From a virus (taxonomy: Duplodnaviria > Heunggongvirae > Uroviricota > Caudoviricetes), in IMG/VR virus record IMGVR_UViG_2802429249_000009: a stretch of 28,641 nt of DNA; one strand, written 5' to 3'. The position numbers were made by a program, and so were the translations under genes. The notes beneath the pieces were generated by a model. The model saw only the letters and a list, made by a program, of their open reading frames with translations. It searched no databases and had not been told where the DNA came from. Shown piece after piece: positions 1 through 7,153 of the stretch. Positions within the stretch are counted from its first letter, which is position 1, and each line of letters begins with the position of its first letter.

Positions 1-53
1 CCAGCGACCAGCGACCAGCGACCAGCGACCAGCGACCAGCGACCAGCGACCAG
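1..53. repeat. Perfect tandem heptanucleotide repeat (CCAGCGA) x7 plus partial unit CCAG; array runs off the 5' window edge
   Basis: Read directly: units at 1-7, 8-14, 15-21, 22-28, 29-35, 36-42, 43-49, then CCAG at 50-53. Lies in the open frame 1 that continues into the RM enzyme gene. Confidence 0.95.
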
Positions 54-2103
54 TAAATCCAGAAAGACGGTAAAATCGGTTGAGCCGCAAATTTCCGACC
101 TCGCGAACTCATGGCTTAAATCTTACGGGCTTGATTACAGGCTGGAGCAGGCACCACTTAACAGCGAGATAGATAACGCCCTAGACGCCTATTTTTCGAA
201 AAATGGCGGCGCAGGTGGTAACCGTCCCGATGTAAAACTCCTTATTCAGGACAAATACGGCAGGCAGTATCCCGTCCTCATCGAATACAAAGGCTATAAA
301 GACAGGCTTATCCGGCTTGACAGTAACGGTATCATCGAGAATAAAGATTCCAGAAAAGAATGGAACTTTAAAAACATTAATGGATATGCGGTTAATGGTG
401 CAGTCCATTATGCTAACGCACTTCTCCAGTTTACCAACTACCCAGATATTATTGCGATCGGTATGACAGGCTGGTGCGATGATGATACAGGAGAACTTCA
501 TCATGAAATTGGCGTGTGGCATGTATCAAAGAATAATTTAGGGGCCGGGCAGAAGGTTGGTGAATACACTGATCTGTCGTTCCTTGCGGATAAAAATGTT
601 GACGGATTTATCGACAAGATAAAGCACCTTAATCTGCCGCCTGAGGAACTGGAAAAAATTAAGGCCAGCAAAGAGGAAGAGATAGACACTCGACTTTCCC
701 GTCTGAACAACGATATTTATCAGGATGAAAATGGGCTTGGCGAAAGTGATCGGGTTTATCTTGTTGTGGCCACGGTTATTGCCACTCTGGGTATTCCCGG
801 AAAACTTACCCCATTGGATAAAAGCGAGCTTGTATCTTCAACGGAAGAAGGGGAACGTGATGGCGATATTATTTTCAGAAAAGTTAGGAATTTTCTTACG
901 ATAAAGGGCGTCCCGAAAGACAAAAAGGATATGATCCTTCGTACTATGCAGAATACGCTGTGGACTGAAAATATTAATAAACCTGTCGATGGTGAAAGTA
1001 AGTTAAAACAAGTATTTATTAAAATTGTTAATGACCTGGGGGAATACTACAAAATCGGACTGACGACCGATTTTACCGGAAAGCTGTTTAATGAGATGTA
1101 CCGCTGGTTAGGGTTTACTCAGGATAAGCTGAACGATGTTGTTCTGACACCACCTTATGTGGCTACATTGCTGGCCAGACTCGCCAGAGTTAACCGGGAT
1201 TCGTATGTGTGGGATTTTGCCACGGGCTCTGCCGGGTTGTTGGTGGCTGCAATGAATGAGATGCTTATTGATGCCAGAGAGAACATTAACTCACCGGATG
1301 AGCTCAGACTGAAAGAAGCGAAAATTAAGGCTGAACAGCTACTTGGCCTTGAGAAGTTATCCAGTATTTACATGCTGGCGATTCTTAACATGATCCTGAT
1401 GGGCGATGGCAGCGCCAACATCCTGAACAAAGACTCACTGACCGAGTTTGACGGCAGATATGGTTTTGGTAAACCGGGAGAGAAATTTCCGGCTACTGCA
1501 TTCGTGCTGAACCCGCCATATTCAGCGAAAGGTAATGGTATGATCTTCGTGCAGAAGGCTCTTTCAATGATGGAAGGGGGGTATGCCGCGGTGATTATTC
1601 AGGGGTCCGCAGGTTCAGGTAAGGCGAGGGAGTACAACCAGAAAATACTTCAGGAGAATACGCTACTGGCCAGTATAAAAATGCCTGCTGATTTGTTTAT
1701 TGGTAAATCAAGTGTCCAGACATATGTTTATGTATTCCAGGTGAAACTGCCGCACAATTCAAAACATCCGGTGAAGTTTATCGACTTTTCGAATGATGGT
1801 TATGCCCGCTCGAACCGGAAAAAGGCACGAAACAACCTTGTGGATGTGGATCGTGCAAGAGAACGCTATCAGGAAGTTGTTGATTTGGTGCATTTTGGCA
1901 GAAGCCGCCTCAGTATATTTACGGAAGATGAATATTTTGAGGAGGTGATAGATCCACTCCGGGGGGACGACTGGAATCAGACAAAGCCTGTGGATACCAG
2001 GCCAACACTGGATGATTTCAAAAAAACGGTGAGTGACTACCTTGCGTGGGAGGTGTCGCAATTACTGAAAAAGCAAGGTAAAAACAATTCTGTGGGAAAG
2101 TAA
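1..2103 (+). CDS. Restriction-modification enzyme, fused PD-(D/E)xK nuclease + gamma-class N6-adenine DNA methyltransferase (Type IIB/IIG-like); 5'-partial, start lies upstream of window
   Basis: Frame 1 is open from base 1 to TAA at 2101-2103, with no ATG/GTG/TTG in frame before 463. Nuclease signature RPDVKLLIQDKYGRQYPVLIEYKGYKD is encoded before 463. Methyltransferase motif I (VWDFATGSAGLLVAA) precedes motif IV (AFVLNPPYSAKG), the gamma-class order. Motif recognition only. Confidence 0.75.
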   Translation, partial: PATSDQRPATSDQRPATSKSRKTVKSVEPQISDLANSWLKSYGLDYRLEQAPLNSEIDNALDAYFSKNGGAGGNRPDVKLLIQDKYGRQYPVLIEYKGYKDRLIRLDSNGIIENKDSRKEWNFKNINGYAVNGAVHYANALLQFTNYPDIIAIGMTGWCDDDTGELHHEIGVWHVSKNNLGAGQKVGEYTDLSFLADKNVDGFIDKIKHLNLPPEELEKIKASKEEEIDTRLSRLNNDIYQDENGLGESDRVYLVVATVIATLGIPGKLTPLDKSELVSSTEEGERDGDIIFRKVRNFLTIKGVPKDKKDMILRTMQNTLWTENINKPVDGESKLKQVFIKIVNDLGEYYKIGLTTDFTGKLFNEMYRWLGFTQDKLNDVVLTPPYVATLLARLARVNRDSYVWDFATGSAGLLVAAMNEMLIDARENINSPDELRLKEAKIKAEQLLGLEKLSSIYMLAILNMILMGDGSANILNKDSLTEFDGRYGFGKPGEKFPATAFVLNPPYSAKGNGMIFVQKALSMMEGGYAAVIIQGSAGSGKAREYNQKILQENTLLASIKMPADLFIGKSSVQTYVYVFQVKLPHNSKHPVKFIDFSNDGYARSNRKKARNNLVDVDRARERYQEVVDLVHFGRSRLSIFTEDEYFEEVIDPLRGDDWNQTKPVDTRPTLDDFKKTVSDYLAWEVSQLLKKQGKNNSVGK

Positions 2104-2162
2104 ATTTCCCGCTCAGCGATAAATTAAAAAGTGTTGAGTGGGGAGAATTCAGGATTGGCGAT

Positions 2163-3239
2163 TTGTTCAATGTGAGCACTGGTTCGCTTATTTCCTCAGG
2201 GAGATTAAAACCTGGCAAAATTAAACGTGTTTCAGCAAAGAGCGAACAAAATGGCATCATAGGAGAATTTGATACGGAGTTTATGGATGATGCAAGACAT
2301 TATGAAAATTTCATAAGCGTTAATTTCTTTGGAGATGCTTTTTATCATCCTTATTGTGCCAGTGTCGAAATGAAGGTACATGTTCTTACATTAAAATCAA
2401 ATAAGTCTGGCTTTAATACAAAGTGCGGATTATATATTACCAGTATGATTAATAAAACTTTAAAAGGGCGTTTTAATTATGGTCAACAGTTATCGAGTTC
2501 CAAACTTAGGAATGGAGAATATTTCATAAGGTTACCGGTAAAAAATAATGTAATTGACTGGGATTTCATGGATGATTATATAGAAGAGCTGGAAGCGGCC
2601 CACATAGAAGAGCTGGAAACATACATGGTTGCTGCTGGACTGAGCGATTACCAACTCACGGAAAAAGATCATCTTATTCTGGAGCACTTTAAGGATGTTG
2701 AATTTTCAGGTTTCCCTGTTACTGAATTATTCTCTGTGTGCAATACGAGAAACATATTGTCCAGAGATATCACAGAAAACAGCGGAGATATTCCTTATCT
2801 TTGTGCCAGTCGTGAGAATAACTCTGTCAGTACTTATATATCCTATGATTCTTCTCTCTTGGAGAAAGGGAACTGTATTTTTATTGGTGGTAAGACATTC
2901 GTTGTAACTTATCAGGAAAGAGACTTTTTTTCAAACGACAGTCATAATTTACGACTTTATGTTAATAACGAAGATGGTAGAACAATGTTTACTCATTTGG
3001 GGCTAATTACATGTATTTATAAATCTATTTCACATAAATACTCTTGGGGTAATAGTGTTAGCAATAAAAAAATCAAAAATGATGTTATCTGGTTGCCAGT
3101 AAAAAACAAGTTACCCGACTTTTGTTATATGCATAACCTTATTTCAGTCATGCAGAAACTCGTCATCAAAGATGTCGTCCAGTACGCTGATAAAAAACTG
3201 GCAGCGTACAGGCATGTTACATCTGAAAAAATCGATTAG
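2163..3239 (+). CDS. RM specificity (S) subunit with two target-recognition domains (HsdS / BcgI-B-like); N-terminus uncertain
   Basis: Frame 3 ORF with two variable blocks separated by a helical spacer (DYIEELEAAHIEELETYMVAAGL). TTG 2163 preceded by AGGA is the first canonical start, but the frame is open from 2082 and a TRD-entry-like motif (FPLSDKLKSVEWGEFRIGDLFNV) lies upstream of 2163. Second half is markedly AT-rich. Confidence 0.7.
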   Translation: MFNVSTGSLISSGRLKPGKIKRVSAKSEQNGIIGEFDTEFMDDARHYENFISVNFFGDAFYHPYCASVEMKVHVLTLKSNKSGFNTKCGLYITSMINKTLKGRFNYGQQLSSSKLRNGEYFIRLPVKNNVIDWDFMDDYIEELEAAHIEELETYMVAAGLSDYQLTEKDHLILEHFKDVEFSGFPVTELFSVCNTRNILSRDITENSGDIPYLCASRENNSVSTYISYDSSLLEKGNCIFIGGKTFVVTYQERDFFSNDSHNLRLYVNNEDGRTMFTHLGLITCIYKSISHKYSWGNSVSNKKIKNDVIWLPVKNKLPDFCYMHNLISVMQKLVIKDVVQYADKKLAAYRHVTSEKID

Positions 3240-3370
3240 CAGAAACATCATACTTCCTTGCCAGGCAGGGGAGAGCGGTCAGATTATCGCGTTACGATGC
3301 ATGAAAAGCAGTTTACAATCGTAAAAATCTGGATACTCTGTTAAGAGTGGTCACTTCGCCACACAGCTTA

Positions 3371-3396
3371 AACCCGTCGCCAGGCGGGTTTTTTTG
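3371..3396 (+). terminator. Rho-independent terminator downstream of the RM locus
   Basis: AACCCG (3371-3376) pairs with CGGGTT (3385-3390), followed by a T-run through 3395. Confidence 0.55.
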
Positions 3397-3486
3397 TGTC
3401 CGAAAAGTGGTGCAGTACGTTAAATGCGCATGTTGTTTTTTCTAAAATTCAGAAATAACAAAAACACATACGTATATTTACGAATA

Positions 3487-3530
3487 TTGACATGGTTTTC
3501 TATTGAAAAAAGAATCGGCATTATTAATAT
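3487..3530 (+). promoter_or_regulatory. Candidate sigma70 promoter(s) for the tRNA pair
   Basis: TTGACA at 3487-3492 with AAGAAT about 17 nt downstream; alternatively TTGAAA at 3503-3508 with TAATAT at 3525-3530. AT-rich upstream, about 60 nt before tRNA-Thr. A CTTCGG-TT-CCGAAG palindrome (3535-3548) sits in the leader. Pattern-based only. Confidence 0.35.
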
Positions 3531-3592
3531 CCGTCTTCGGTTCCGAAGGGGATGTAAAGCGCGGTCATTTTTATTTCTCTTGAGGAACCAGT

Positions 3593-3668
<76 letters not shown>

Positions 3669-3671
3669 TAT

Positions 3672-3746
<75 letters not shown>

Positions 3747-4012
3747 GAGAAACAAGCCTTATTGTATCGTGGCACTGGCGTATTTTTTATTACGTGGGGT
3801 GGGTTGTTTAAAAAAGACATTCTGTTCTCTGACTATGATTGGAGGTCGGTTGTAGTCACAGTGCTAATTTTTTACGGCAGCAGAATGGTGCATTATCGGT
3901 GGAGATTTTGTATTTCCTGGCAGGGTCGGTGATGCATCATTCTGGTGTTGTAAATAACACCATGACATTGAGATTAATCATATATTAAACAAAACCTGGA
4001 AATACATCCTTA

Positions 4013-4037
4013 ACCGCCTCTACCGGGCGGTTTTTTT
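4013..4037 (+). terminator. Rho-independent terminator after the tRNA pair
   Basis: ACCGCC (4013-4018) pairs with GGCGGT (4026-4031), followed by a run of 7 T (4031-4037). Confidence 0.55.
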
Positions 4038-4059
4038 ATTCTTAATTCAAAAAAAGAAA

Positions 4060-4084
4060 ACACGGACACTGATAATGTCCGTGT
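4060..4084. repeat. Perfect 9-bp inverted repeat with 7-nt loop (ACACGGACA-ctgataa-TGTCCGTGT)
   Basis: Read directly; no T-run follows, so more likely an operator or RNA hairpin than a terminator. A smaller GGCAATGCC palindrome follows at 4085-4093. Confidence 0.8.
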
Positions 4085-4321
4085 GGCAATGCCATGTAAG
4101 TCAGCGATGAATATGGCGCCAAAAAAGCGCGGCTGTCGGATTAACGCCGCGGGACAAAGTCCATGAAGAATAATAAGTATCAGCCTCCTACAGGAGACGA
4201 GTTGATATTACTAAGCTTTAAAAATGGTTTAAATCCTCAGATTAACCTTAATTTCAGGTAAGTCTTATTTCATTTCTTCGCGCCACGCCCGGCGCACATC
4301 AAAAACCACAGAGCCTTTCAG

Positions 4322-4390
4322 GGGTGAGCTTACGGGATGGTCAGTGTGACTTTCTCTGTGGGCTGGTCACCCCCGGGCGGAGGCTCACCC
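4322..4390 (+). promoter_or_regulatory. Structured leader immediately upstream of the TerB-like gene
   Basis: GGGTGAGC (4322-4329) is the exact reverse complement of GCTCACCC (4383-4390), enclosing nested palindromes (GTGAC/GTCAC, CCCGGG). Ends 5 nt before the AAGGA Shine-Dalgarno of the 4410 start. Fold not computed. Confidence 0.4.
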
Positions 4391-4409
4391 ACTAAAAGGA
4401 AAAGTCACG

Positions 4410-4835
4410 ATGTTTGGTATTTTCAAAAAGAAAACCCGCAAGGCCATTACTGAAGTGAAGAAGATGGAGAACCGCGACGCAGTGGAGGCGACCGTCTGGG
4501 GTGCGTATTCCATTGCATACGCTGACGGCACCTGCGACGCGAAAGAAATCGCAGTACTGGAGAAAACCATTGCAGCACTTCCTGCCTTTGCGCCGTTCTC
4601 CGGCGAGATTGCACAAATGAGTGCAAATATCCGCGCCCGTTATGAAGCGTCGCCGCGCTCTGCCAATGCTGAAGCCCTTCGTCAGCTGGCTGATGTTGCC
4701 GGTACTGATGATGCAGTTAATGTACTGTGCCTGTGTCTGGATATCGCTGACCAGGATGGCATTGGTCCGGATGAAGAAGCACAGCTCAAGAAAATTGCGC
4801 AGGCGCTTCAGCTACCGCTGGAGCAGTACCTGTGA
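4410..4835 (+). CDS. TerB-family protein (tellurite-resistance TerB-like domain), 141 aa
   Basis: ATG 4410 with AAGGA 9 nt upstream. The protein has the two TerB-type helical segments with acidic Asp-Gly motifs (AYSIAYADGTCDAKEIAVLEKTI and CLCLDIADQDGIGPDEEAQLKKIAQAL), matching the pattern I remember for plasmid TerB. Needs HMM confirmation. Confidence 0.7.
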   Translation: MFGIFKKKTRKAITEVKKMENRDAVEATVWGAYSIAYADGTCDAKEIAVLEKTIAALPAFAPFSGEIAQMSANIRARYEASPRSANAEALRQLADVAGTDDAVNVLCLCLDIADQDGIGPDEEAQLKKIAQALQLPLEQYL

Positions 4836-4984
4836 AAAGTGCGCGCCTTGTGCTGGCTGCCATCCTGCTGTTTCTGGTAGTGGCGGTGGATTTCACCGGA
4901 CGGCTGATGTCGGTGCTGGCAGATGGTGTGCTGGTGGCGGCTGTGCTGGCCGTACTCTGGCCTTTACTGCGTAAATCTGAATAA
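4832..4984 (+). CDS. Small hydrophobic protein, 50 aa, two predicted TM helices; translationally coupled to the TerB-like gene
   Basis: GTG 4832 overlaps the TerB TGA (GTGA). Product VKSARLVLAAILLFLVVAVDFTGRLMSVLADGVLVAAVLAVLWPLLRKSE. Below the track length cut-off. An internal ATG would give only 25 aa. Confidence 0.4.
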   Translation: MKSARLVLAAILLFLVVAVDFTGRLMSVLADGVLVAAVLAVLWPLLRKSE

Positions 4985-5072
4985 CACCACACAAAAGGCA
5001 TCTGCGGGTGCCTTTGACGGGGTGTTTTTTACGGGCCGCTGGTGGCCCTTTTTTATTTACAGGAGAAAAAGT

Positions 5073-5465
5073 ATGTCTGAACCCTTATCCGGTTCCGGCA
5101 CGGCTGCGGCGCTCGGCGGGGCGACGGTATTCGGGCTGTTTACCGGAACGGATTTCGGGATTGTGTTTGGTGCGTTCGCCGGGGCGTTATTTGTGGCAAC
5201 GATGCCGCAGACGCTTTCAGCCTGGCGTGTGGCAGCGCATTTTCTGGTGTCGTTCATTATTGGCGTGCTGGGAGCAGAGGTTCTGGCATCCTGGCTGGTC
5301 AGGCATACAGAGTTTGACGGTGCACCTGTCGACGCATTGTGTGCAGTACTGGTGTCAGTGGTGTCGGTGAAGATTCTCTCGTTCATCCACCAGCAGGATA
5401 TTGCATCACTGGTGTCCGGCCTGTTCTCCCGCCTGCGGGGGGGAGGAGGCGGTAATGTTAAGTAA
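5073..5465 (+). CDS. Holin-like membrane protein, 130 aa, about 3 TM segments (glycine-zipper rich)
   Basis: ATG 5073 with AGGAG 7 nt upstream; track ORF 4923-5465 same frame. Hydrophobic glycine-rich segments, position directly upstream of the endolysin. C-terminus RLRGGGGGNVK is encoded by a G7 tract. Confidence 0.55.
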   Translation: MSEPLSGSGTAAALGGATVFGLFTGTDFGIVFGAFAGALFVATMPQTLSAWRVAAHFLVSFIIGVLGAEVLASWLVRHTEFDGAPVDALCAVLVSVVSVKILSFIHQQDIASLVSGLFSRLRGGGGGNVK

Positions 5466-5730
5466 CCTTCCCGGATTACTGAATGTGGCGTTATGCACGG
5501 TTATCGTGCTGACGCTCTTTTTTTATCGTCGCCGTGATTCCAGACATAAACCGCTGATGTCATGGCTGGCCTGGCTGCTGATGCTGCTGTATGCCTTTGC
5601 GCCCCTCAGCTATCTGTGTGGTCGCCCGTTAGCAACGGGCTGGCTGGAAGTGTTTTTTAACCTGCTGTTCTGCGTGCTGGTGATACGCGCACGCGGGAAC
5701 GTCACAAAAATCTTTCCATTGTTGAGGTGA
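5455..5730 (+). CDS. Second lysis-cassette membrane protein, 91 aa (holin or antiholin candidate)
   Basis: ATG 5455 overlaps the end of the preceding gene; three hydrophobic stretches; stop 2 nt before the endolysin start. Confidence 0.5.
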   Translation: MLSNLPGLLNVALCTVIVLTLFFYRRRDSRHKPLMSWLAWLLMLLYAFAPLSYLCGRPLATGWLEVFFNLLFCVLVIRARGNVTKIFPLLR

Positions 5731-5732
5731 AT

Positions 5733-6110
5733 ATGTCGGGTAAATTTAGATTTAGTCGTCGCAGCGAAAAGAATCTGGAGGGCGTTAAACCACAGCTGGT
5801 TGCTGTCGTTCGCCGTGCGCTGGAGCTGACGGAGGTTGATTTCGGTATTACGGAAGGGCTACGCACGAAAGAACGCCAGAAACAGCTGGTCGCGGAAGGG
5901 AAAAGCCAGACCATGAACAGTCGCCACCTGACCGGTGATGCGGTGGATGTTGTTGCCTGGGTTGGCAGCCAGGTGTCATGGGACTGGCCTCTGTACGAGA
6001 AAATCGCGCAGGCATTTAAGCAGGCTGCCGCAGAGCTGGGAACTGCCATCGAATGGGGCGGGGACTGGAAAACACTGAAAGACGGACCTCACTTTCAGTT
6101 GAAACGATGA
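5733..6110 (+). CDS. Endolysin, L-alanyl-D-glutamate peptidase (peptidase M15 family, T5-type)
   Basis: Conserved blocks shared with T5-type M15 endolysins as I recall them: KFRFSRRSEKNLEGVKPQL, VRRALEL, DFGI, HLTGDAVD, GGDW, GPHFQL. ATG 5733 after GAGGTG; the track starts at GTG 5727. Confidence 0.88.
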   Translation: MSGKFRFSRRSEKNLEGVKPQLVAVVRRALELTEVDFGITEGLRTKERQKQLVAEGKSQTMNSRHLTGDAVDVVAWVGSQVSWDWPLYEKIAQAFKQAAAELGTAIEWGGDWKTLKDGPHFQLKR

Positions 6111-6262
6111 CAGCTTTTATTCTGCAGGAGAATGTTTTGAAAAAAAATAAACAAAAAGCCGCAGCATCGGCAAATGCAGCGGCTGGCACAAAAACCGAAT
6201 TGTCATTTTTTGAGCAAATTCAGTCAGAGATTATGGCAATATTTAATGAAGTAGTCCGTTAA
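6107..6262 (+). CDS. Small hypothetical protein, 51 aa, coupled to the endolysin stop
   Basis: ATG 6107 overlaps the endolysin TGA (ATGA). No TM segment or lipobox, so not an obvious spanin. Weak RBS. Confidence 0.3.
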   Translation: MTAFILQENVLKKNKQKAAASANAAAGTKTELSFFEQIQSEIMAIFNEVVR

Positions 6263-6512
6263 TCTCTCCTCTGATGTTCTCTTGTGATTGTTCCTCGCCT
6301 GCCTCAATACCCCTGGCAATCTGGCTGAAAATAACATTGGCGAGCTTGCCATTGTGTCTGGTTAGCAGGCGTTCACCCTCCTGAAGGAATGAATTGGCTA
6401 GCTCCTGCTTGTCGCAGCCGGTGAGGCTTGCGACTTTTAGTGAGAGGTGAGTCAGAGCCATTTGCTGGCTGCTGATTAAGGCGACAATTACTTCCAGTTG
6501 CTCTTTAGTCAT
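6243..6512 (-). CDS. Hypothetical protein, 89 aa, minus strand (moron-like insert in the lysis-packaging region)
   Basis: Minus-strand ATG at 6512 with AGGAG 5 nt upstream; TACAAT -10-like hexamer further upstream on that strand. Product MTKEQLEVIVALISSQQMALTHLSLK.., helical, no family recognised. Confidence 0.5.
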   Translation of the reverse strand: MTKEQLEVIVALISSQQMALTHLSLKVASLTGCDKQELANSFLQEGERLLTRHNGKLANVIFSQIARGIEAGEEQSQENIRGEINGLLH

Positions 6513-6596
6513 GAACACTCCTTTTTGCGTTTAGTTCAGCGGGGATTGTATCAAGTGAATTGCAAAATTATGAGCCGAAAGCACTGGACACACAGA

Positions 6597-6752
6597 ATGC
6601 CGCGAGCGGCGGCGAAATGGGCGCTGGTAGCGATACTGGTGCCTTTTTTATTGGTGGGCTGTGTCAGCTTAAATAAGGCGAGCCGGCTTTTTGACGCTGC
6701 TTCTCAGGTCTGTGAAATTGTCGATGGTGTCCGGCAGTGTACGCAGAATTGA
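6597..6752 (+). CDS. Small lipoprotein, about 51 aa (lipobox LVGC); alternative start ATG 6570
   Basis: MPRAAAKWALVAILVPFLLVGC: positive n-region, hydrophobic core, L-V-G-C lipobox. Short Cys-containing mature peptide. Spanin versus exclusion lipoprotein cannot be resolved from sequence. Confidence 0.5.
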   Translation: MPRAAAKWALVAILVPFLLVGCVSLNKASRLFDAASQVCEIVDGVRQCTQN

Positions 6753-6836
6753 TACCAGCATTACAGCAGCCCTTCAGTGTGAGGGGCTGCGATAATGCTG
6801 TTGGCCTGAATATCTCCATTGAAAACAGGAGGCGAA

Positions 6837-7133
6837 ATGTCTGAGCGAAACTATGAAGCGATTGGACGCTGCGTTGTTCTGCGAAAGCGTATTGAAGAAA
6901 ATCTTTGCGCGCTGCAAAAAATAAAATCGGAAATTGTTTCTGTTGACTCTCCATTTTTATTGGATGGGCGGTTGTGTGGGAGCCATTCACTGGTGCTTAG
7001 CATAGAAACGAATGCAAATCGCTGCCGTGAATTGCTTGATGAAACAATGCAGTTGGTCAGTGAACATAATCAGCACGCTGTGGCGGCGGGACTGAATGCA
7101 ATACACGTTATCCCCGAGAGAGAAACGTTTTAA
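6837..7133 (+). CDS. Hypothetical phage protein, 98 aa
   Basis: ATG 6837 with AGGAGG 6 nt upstream; track ORF 6819-7133 same frame. No motif recognised. Confidence 0.5.
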   Translation: MSERNYEAIGRCVVLRKRIEENLCALQKIKSEIVSVDSPFLLDGRLCGSHSLVLSIETNANRCRELLDETMQLVSEHNQHAVAAGLNAIHVIPERETF

Positions 7134-7153
7134 TCGGTGGAGAATGAAATTCC

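Noticed and set aside
1-53. Possibility that the 7-bp repeat array is a CRISPR array
   Set aside because: Units are 7 bp with no spacers; this is a simple-sequence repeat, not a repeat-spacer array, and no cas genes are nearby.
3312-3340. Possible lambdoid pR'-like late promoter (TTTACA ... GATACT) upstream of the 3371-3396 terminator
   Set aside because: The -10 match and spacing are poor and there is no Q-binding/pause signature I can recognise; the terminator alone is reported as a feature.
4621-5370. Track ORFs 4621-4974 and 5008-5370 in alternative frames
   Set aside because: They overlap the TerB-like and holin-like genes in other frames, have Arg/Cys/Trp-rich products typical of off-frame translation, and lack RBS; the GTG-start 50-aa ORF and the 5073 start fit the coupling pattern better.
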